Part shown: piece by piece, positions 56,350 to 64,000 of the stretch
Numbering within the stretch: the stretch's first letter is position 1
How the letters are laid out: the number at the start of each line of letters is the position of its first letter
Origin: Adineta vaga
Taxonomy: Eukaryota > Animalia > Rotifera
Direction: 5' to 3'
Assembly (NCBI GenBank): GCA_021613535.1
Contig: CP075494.1
Coordinates: 6,510,001 to 6,574,000 of the forward strand
Length of the DNA: 64,000 nucleotides
Made by a program: the position numbers and the translations under genes
Notes under the pieces: generated by a model
What the model saw: only the letters and a program-made list of their open reading frames with translations
Databases searched by the model: none
What the model was told of the DNA's origin: nothing

Positions 56350-59300
56350 TTATTGTTTCGACGTTGATGAAAGTAAAATGTGTTTGCCTTGAGTATGTTT
56401 AGGTTGTTGCCGTTGACGAGGTGATGATGCTGTTGTTGGAGTTGTTGGACTAGTATCGGTTGGTGGAGTTTGTTGAATACTTTTTGCTTTCGTTTGCTCA
56501 ATCTAAATAAAAAAATGAACTCATAAAGTTAATCAAATCGCAAAAAAGCACTGATTTTTCATTCCTATAATACGAATTTACATGTTTGATTTATCATTCT
56601 GTATAGAATATGTAATTTTTTTTTCAATGAAATTTGCATTATTTGATATTCTTTTTCTATTTATTTCAATAGACCTTTTCTGAAAACTTACAAATGAAAG
56701 TTTCGATAATTCGTGTTGCAGTTGAGTTTGTAATATTCGAACATCATCAAGTGGTAATTTCATTAAATCTTGATCACTTGGTAATAAACGTGTATTATTA
56801 TGTACAAGTAAGTGACGCATTTGTTCAACTCGATGGAGTGCATCATCACGTTGTTGAATAGCACGATTTTTTTCGTGTTCAAGTTGAACAGCAAGCCGAT
56901 GATTATCTTCAGCTTCACGACGCCAATGTTCTGATGACTATTTTTAATTGAAATTAAAATTATATATAGATCAAAGATTTTTACAAACTTCTTTTTCAGT
57001 CATTGCTAAAACTTGCATTTGCAAAACACGATTTCTCATCATATCGATTTCGGATGATGACGATGATGAATTTGTACTTGTTGTATTAAAACGTTGAAGA
57101 AGCGCTTGAGGAGATGTAGATTGTAATTGATAAGATGATGTAGGTATATCTTGACTAAAACCAGCCATTTTATACAACTCACCAGGTCGACTACTTGTAC
57201 CACTAGATGTTGATGGTTCAGGAAATGGTGTATCGATTGGCTAGAAAAGAAAAATACATTATGTGAAGTGAAATGTTGTCTTTGTTAATAGACCTACCGA
57301 TTCAATAGGTCCATCAAAAAGTTGATTTGGTGCATCAAATGGTGATTTTGCTGACGATGAATGTGAAAAATAATCATTGGAAAATGAATTTGGAATATTC
57401 ATTGGTCTTGACATGGGATTTGTAGAATTTGATGATGTATTCGTCGTTCCTGGAGTTGTTGAACGTTCAAAATTATCTAAATCCTCTTCAAGAAATGAAT
57501 TTCTATTCCTATTCCTATTCAATGCGTTAGTTGCTGCTTTATCAAAATCATTGTCATCGACATTATCAAGACCGATTGCGGTTAATGATGATTCAATTAA
57601 ATTTTTAACATCCGTTGGTAGAGAATGTAAATCTTGAAGATCTTTTCTTTCTTCGAAATAATTTCCTGATGAAGGTGTTATTGAATGAAAATGTTCATCA
57701 ATAGAAGAAAGTAAATTTGAAGCAGCTAATGAGGATATATATGCTGTTGGTGGAGGATAGGAATGACTGGCAGCTAAGGCTGCAGCTGATAAAAGAAATT
57801 GCTCATTTGAAAATGATTGCTGTATTGGTGGAGGTTGTTGATAATGATGTAAACGTTGTTGTGATGGTGATTTTTGTGTAAGCATTTCTTGAATAGAAAA
57901 TGTTCCACTTGGAGAATTATTTCCCATTAATGGCTAAAAAATAGAATTCGAGAGTAAATTAGATGAAGATAGTAAACAATTATAAATACATGTCTATCAA
58001 AAGGTTTCATAGCAGCACCAGGGAATGATCCAACTTCAAATAGAGATGGTTGAGATGATTTTTTCGGAATGTTTCTTGTCGGTAATAATGACTGGAATAG
58101 AAGTATAAAAACTATCAATAAATGAGACGATGAAAGAAAAATGATTGTCTTACATCAATAGTACCAACTTCTTTATCTTCAGGAATCGGAATAAAGGACG
58201 ATAAAGGTAATTCGTTTGTGTAATGAAGATCAAAATCTCGATACGATTTTAATTCTTCTACAAAATGAAAGTTTTCTTTTTAATGAGATATATTCTTATC
58301 TTTGTTACATACGTTCAATATGAGCGAAAGCACAAAATGGTCCACGGGGACAATAAATTGTTACTGACACATCGTTACATTTAGTTGATTTATAAATCTG
58401 TCAAATAAAAATTATTGAGCAAACCTGTAACATTTATTCCTGCATATAAAAATTACCTCCGGATGAAATTGTTGTTCCGTACGTGTGTGACAATATTTAC
58501 AATGATCACCAGCTTCACATATAGTTGGATCAATCCACTCATCACTTTGTTTAACATGTGGACATGGAGTCGATCTAGAATAGGAATTTTATTAATAATT
58601 TATAAGAAAAATTCTCTGAATTTACTTGTATTTATATATTGATGGATTACGACGACGATCACGGGGATTATGATACTGTGGACAAGCATAACCTTGTCGA
58701 CATAAACGTGGAGGACGTTTACATGGTTCAGTTTTATAATTAGCCAGAACATAATGTGAATCTAGAAAATAATGAAATAAATCATTATCTATTTTTCCTA
58801 AAAATTATTCTACTTACCACTCCATTTTGGATCATCATTTAAAGCTCGTTCATTTTCCAAACTAATACATAATCTTGCCAATCTTTCCAAAGCTAGATCA
58901 GTATTTTGTATTTCTCTACTATCGAGTATTGGCTGTCGTAAATCATTGGCACCATGAGCATATGAACAATGTGAACCATTTTTTAAACAATGTCCTTTTG
59001 CATCAGTCTCATGTGTACATAAACCTGTTTTATAATAACGAAGATGATAACGTTTTTCTGTATCATTTGCATTTCGATGTAACAGTTGGCAACTATGAAA
59101 AAAAATGAATATTGATGGATGAAGAAATGATTTGTTTAAACAAACTTACTCATCTCCATTTGGACAGACACCAGTCTGTTCATCGTAATCATTACAATAG
59201 AAATCTGGATCATATGAAAATGTTCCGTCCGGACGACGAAATGGACGTCGACGACGTTGATTTTGAAAATGCCAATAAAAACATGAAAACGGACGATGTC

Positions 59301-59517
59301 TTAAGATATCTTCAGTAGAATAGTTGTTTATTAAAAACTTTAGTACTCTTACTGTGTACATTTATGTTGGAGAAATAATTGACATTGTTCCACACGAAAA
59401 TCTCGTAAATAACTAAAAATAAACAATGATATTGATACTAAAATCAAGTTGGAAAATGACCTACTTCAGATGTAAAGGTTTTTCGATCAAAGCAAGTTGC
59501 TGTAGATCATTCGCCAT
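56350..59517 (-). CDS. unk: Unkempt CCCH zinc-finger RNA-binding protein
   Basis: YLRDFRVEQC..CTQHRPFSCFYWHFQNQRRRRP, YHLRYYKTGLC, YKTEPCKRPPRLCRQGYACPQYHN, HTRTEQQFHPEIYKSTKCND..CPRGPFCAFAH, followed by a C-terminal coiled coil. Confidence 0.95.
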
Positions 59518-60452
59518 GATCACTTATCATGAATAAAAACGATAAAAAACGTTTTTTGCTTTATAAAAATAAGTTCTCACATGATTTGCTCTATTTTTGC
59601 TACGCTATTTTTCTTTTGTCGTTATTATTACTTATTTGTTGACAGTCAGGTGATGTGCAGGTCTTATCCAATAAGGTTTTCGATACGGACCACCCAACAT
59701 ACAATAGAGGGCGCTGTTTCTGTACGGAAAAATCCCCCAAAAATATGACATACAGAAAAGCAAAAAACTGATACAGCAAACCTTCATTCAACGAACGCAC
59801 TCGTTACATTTTTTATCGTTATGTCAAAACAAATGTTTTGATTGATAAATTAGATTAGATGTGCAATAGTTTATTCGGTAAAACTAAAGTACATCACACC
59901 TGAATTTTGTTGCTATTGAATACATCTTTCAATGATTCCAAGTGTAACAGAAGTAATTACATGATTTTGATTAGTAGTAATCATAAAGATTAGTAGCCTT
60001 CTCTAGAAAACTTTTCAACAACATTTTTTTCGGAAGGAAAACGTAGGCTTCTTTGGCGAAGAGTGTTTTCATGAAAAAACAACTCTGACTTTGAGGAGAT
60101 CGTTAGGATTCAGAAGGTTCTTACGTTAATTTCTTGAATTATCGAAACTGTTGTATTCTATCAAAAGTTGTATATTGCTTCAATGAAATGAAACTTCAAG
60201 AAATCGATCATAAGTTTTTTTCTTCGGACAGTTGTATGATTCGTTAGAAACTCTCTCCAATCAACAAAACTCAGGTAACAGAAAGAAAGAGGAAGGTAAA
60301 TTGAGCATCACATATGGCGCATATAGGTCATTCAATTTCTATCGAACGAATGAAAGAAGACAGAAAAAAATGGTTCAAGGTTATCTCTTGCTACGTTAAA
60401 AAATCAACATGTCGAAGATATTTTCTAAGTTTATCCATATTTTTAGATTAAT

Positions 60453-61489
60453 ATGAATCTAATATTAATAATATTTTTGGTATTAATCTATATTCAACAG
60501 GGACCTGGTATGTACGAGGTTTTTGTCTTTTTTTTCGATCAAAAAAATTTTATGATTTAGTGCATGGCATTCAATGTTATCAATGTAGTAGTGAAGAAGA
60601 TGAATTTTGTCCAGCATTCGACAAATTTGATGAAACAAAAAATGCTCTGGTAGATTGTTTTAGTTTAGAATCATATGTACCTGGACATATGTGTATGAAA
60701 ATGGTTAAAGAAAGTTATGACACATTTTATGGTAAAAAGAAATACGAAAACTTACAATTGTTATATTATGTCTTTTTTTTTAGCAAAGGGATTTAAGACT
60801 GTGATACGGTCCTGTGCATCACGATCAACATTAGGTGTTGCTCAAGGTTGTCGTTATTTCGTAGACGAAGTTGGTCTTGAAGTAGCTGTTTGTGTAAGTT
60901 ATAATTGAATCGAATGCTATAAGAGAAATATTCTACTGGTTTTGAGGAAGGTTATCTTAACTTAGATAGTGAATCAGTTTATTTGCTAAGTTATCCTGCT
61001 TCAAAATATGATATCTATTAAATAGTTGTAGAGATAGATTATTTTAACGTACAATTTAACACGAAAAGAAAAGGTATCAATGAGTTTTATACATAATTGA
61101 TCATTTTATAGACTGTAATGGGAAACTCGTTTTGCTTTTATTAACCTTTTATCCATTTATCTTTGAATAAACTACTTTTGGATCATTCTCATCGATATAC
61201 TGATCGAAAACAAATCTAGATGATACTATTAAATTAGAATATAAGTAACCAGAAAATTTCGATTCTGTCTTCTGAGGATGACTATTTGCATCAAGATTTA
61301 TTATCTTTTTTCAATTTACAAATGAATCATGTTATTATGTGAAAGAATGATTTCATTGAATTATCTTTATTTTAGTATTGTGAAAATCGTGATGGTTGTA
61401 ATGGTAGTTTCAAGAATTCACATTCCATATTATTGTTTACATTGACCCTATCTTCCGTCCTATTTCTTCGATATTTGATCTGCGAATAG
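60453..61489 (+). CDS. Ly6/uPAR three-finger protein (quiver/sleepless-like), probably GPI-anchored
   Basis: Signal peptide, IQCYQCSS..C, CMKM, VIRSCAS, GC, CYCENRDGCN, then a hydrophobic tail; 4 exons. Confidence 0.9.
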
Positions 61490-62175
61490 TTATAAATAAT
61501 GCTAATTTGTTTTACTTGTATATATCTGTCTTTTTTTATACATTACTCTCAGTTTTATGTGTATCTCATTAAATTTGTTTTTTTTTGTATCTTTATAAAA
61601 ATCATATTAGCCAAATAAAACTACGATAGAATGAATACAATAATTCACAATAAATTTAGTGCAAAATATAGATTTTATTTAACACTAAAAGGATTGAACT
61701 TGACGTACTAGGAAGGGTTTACTTACTTCAATTTGTTTTCCGAATCGATTGAATTAGAACACCTAAGAGAATAGACCATTAGTATAGAAGATATCTACAT
61801 TGAGTTCAAATACAAATAAACGAAATTAAATGTTGAGAGTTTTCATTTCAACAAACATATTAATCATACATTTTAATTCATCAGAAGAATGATGACTCGA
61901 ATTGATGAAAAACATCGTATTCACGATATTTCTATCAGCCATAAAGTTCACATACGAATGAAAATTATGCTCATACTGATTGTTTTTAATTCGAAGGTTT
62001 CAGAATGATTTCACTAATATTTCTTCTCTTTCCCACAAAGTTTAAATAATATCGAGATTAGAATTAAAGAAATGTAATATTTTCAGGTCTTTTGATTTCA
62101 AATCTATCTCGTTATCAACAAGATAATTTTAATTGAACTATATTACAAATACAAAAAAACAAACACACGAAACAT

Positions 62176-64000
62176 TCAAAAGTAACATCGATTAATTGTA
62201 GTTGCCATTGTTGTTTCATCTTCACTTTCGTCATCTTGATCTGTTATGATCTGTGAATTACTCTTTATTTTGGCTGATTGATGACTTCCATGAGAACTTT
62301 GTGCATACATATTATCATATTCTGATTCCATATTTGATAATACACCTTCAGATAAATAATCAGGTCGCGATGAAGCTATATCACTTTGATCAGATGCAGG
62401 TATTGATGATGAATCTGTTCGTTTCGGAAATTTTTTCTTTGGAACAATACTGTCATTTTGAAGAGGACGATTTCTATCATTAAGTGATTCATGTCGAACA
62501 AGTTGACTCGTTTTTCGAAGTGTTTTATATCGTATATGATGATACGGACGTTTTTTTGATTTGCTATTCAGAATAGGAAACGTATTTTCATGAAGTGTAT
62601 CAGATTCATTGTCTGTTGAATCATTTTCGGTAGTAGAATATTGTTGTGATTTCTTTGGAAGTAAAGGTGGTGTTTGTTTGACATGAGAACGAAATTGATT
62701 TAATTGATCTTCAAGCCATCGTTGTAATAAATCTGGATGACAAAATGTCGGTGATCGTGTTGGTTTTGATTGTAGACTAAAATATAAAGAAATGAAATGA
62801 ATTGTTTATGATGGAGGAGAAAATTTTACTTAGATAGATTATTATAACTTGACGAAAATCGTGTTCGTTGAAGAAGTCTTCCCTGATAAGCATTATTTTG
62901 TGTCCATGGTTCATGATGAACTGATATTTCACTTTCGGATGTATCAGCAATTAATTTACGTGCTAAATTAAATGGTAAAGGACGAAAAGTGGGTAGTTTT
63001 TGTTGGTTAACAACAGTAGGAACAAGAGGTTTTGCATCGGTTGTAGTCATATTCACTGTAAATGATACATCAAATGTTTGAGATGGATAAATATCATCAT
63101 GTGGAGGTGAATTAGATGTTTGATTGAGTTCATTATTTGTTGGTAATGATGATGAAGGTGGATCATCCCAACCAGAAAATGAGGATGCTGTTTCTTCGTT
63201 TGTTGTTGATAAACTATGAGATGCATGAATCAGATCTTTCGATGATTGATCTTGAAGTAATTGATAGCAATGATCATCGAGAGAATTTTTTCGTTTAGTA
63301 GAAGTAGGACATTTTGATGATATTGAAATTGATCTACATGCATTTGTATCATCTAATGAAATGAATAAAAAAATACTCTGTTTCGCTTCGGAAAAAAACA
63401 CAATTTACCTGCCGGTTCATTGATAATTTTTTGTGTCAACATTAAACATCTATTCTCATTTACAATCGTTTCTCTTAATGGCCAACAATTATTATCACCT
63501 GAATAAATCAAATTGGAAAGTTTTCTAATTGAACTCATTTGATGTGAATTATTCATTATTGGATTCAATGCTTGTAATAATGTATCACGATAGGATGGTT
63601 GACTAGGAAGTAGATTAGACATTCGTAGATGTTTTCGTGAAGATTGTTTCAATAAACTTTGTTGATCATTAACAAGATCTGAAGATGTTGTTGTCGTAGT
63701 TGTTATTGAAAGGTTCTTATCACGTTGAGAAAATTGGGAATGGTGAGATTCATCTGTACTTGATGATTTTGGGATTGTATCATTATTCGGTTGATTAATA
63801 ACCACGGGAAGAGTATTTCGACCCTGAAATAGTATCATATAGAATCTTTTCGAAAAAAAAACGAACTCTTTTCTTACTTGAAAGACATTATCGCCAATGA
63901 GACGTCCAAGTAGAAAATAAATATTCGTATTATTATCAATATTCATTTGTGTATCAATAATTGAGCCAGCTGTTCGAAAGAGATACAAATCATGTAACAA
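62176..64000 (-). CDS. 3' part of a multi-exon gene encoding a Ser/Thr-rich, largely disordered C-terminus (unknown family, truncated by the window edge)
   Basis: Exons at about 64000-63878, 63824-63409, 63352-62829 and 62777-62176 with GT-AG boundaries; ends ...TTINRCYF*. Confidence 0.7.

Overview
AT-rich (roughly 30% GC by eye), gene-dense eukaryotic DNA with many 45-65 nt GT-AG introns and metazoan-type genes. This style is most consistent with a bdelloid rotifer (Adineta/Rotaria-like), which is an inference. Manual splicing supports about 17 protein-coding genes, in order: a charged disordered protein, DNase I, a very large supervillin, CRTC/TORC, an RFxV-containing single-TM protein, a Mn-type CDF transporter, secernin, a 78-aa TM microprotein, a class A GPCR, ZFR-like, mitochondrial ClpX, a ~1250-aa secreted repetitive polyprotein, an Sts/UBASH3-type histidine phosphatase, a PLP/M6 proteolipid, unkempt, a Ly6/quiver-like GPI protein, and the 3' part of an unknown gene. 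No rRNA, tRNA, CRISPR, intact transposon or clear bacterial HGT gene was seen. The strongest novelty candidate is 45839-50385: one 14-exon ORF with a signal peptide, three RKKR furin sites, three chitin-binding type-2 domains, two EGF domains, and elastomer-like and Tyr/Lys adhesive-like blocks. It looks like a self-contained chitin-composite or cement precursor. Next is the supervillin locus, which appears to hide two internal first exons giving MG..C lipid-anchor N-termini, plus an inverted repeat over a candidate splice acceptor. CDS coordinates are first-to-last coding base including introns, derived by hand.
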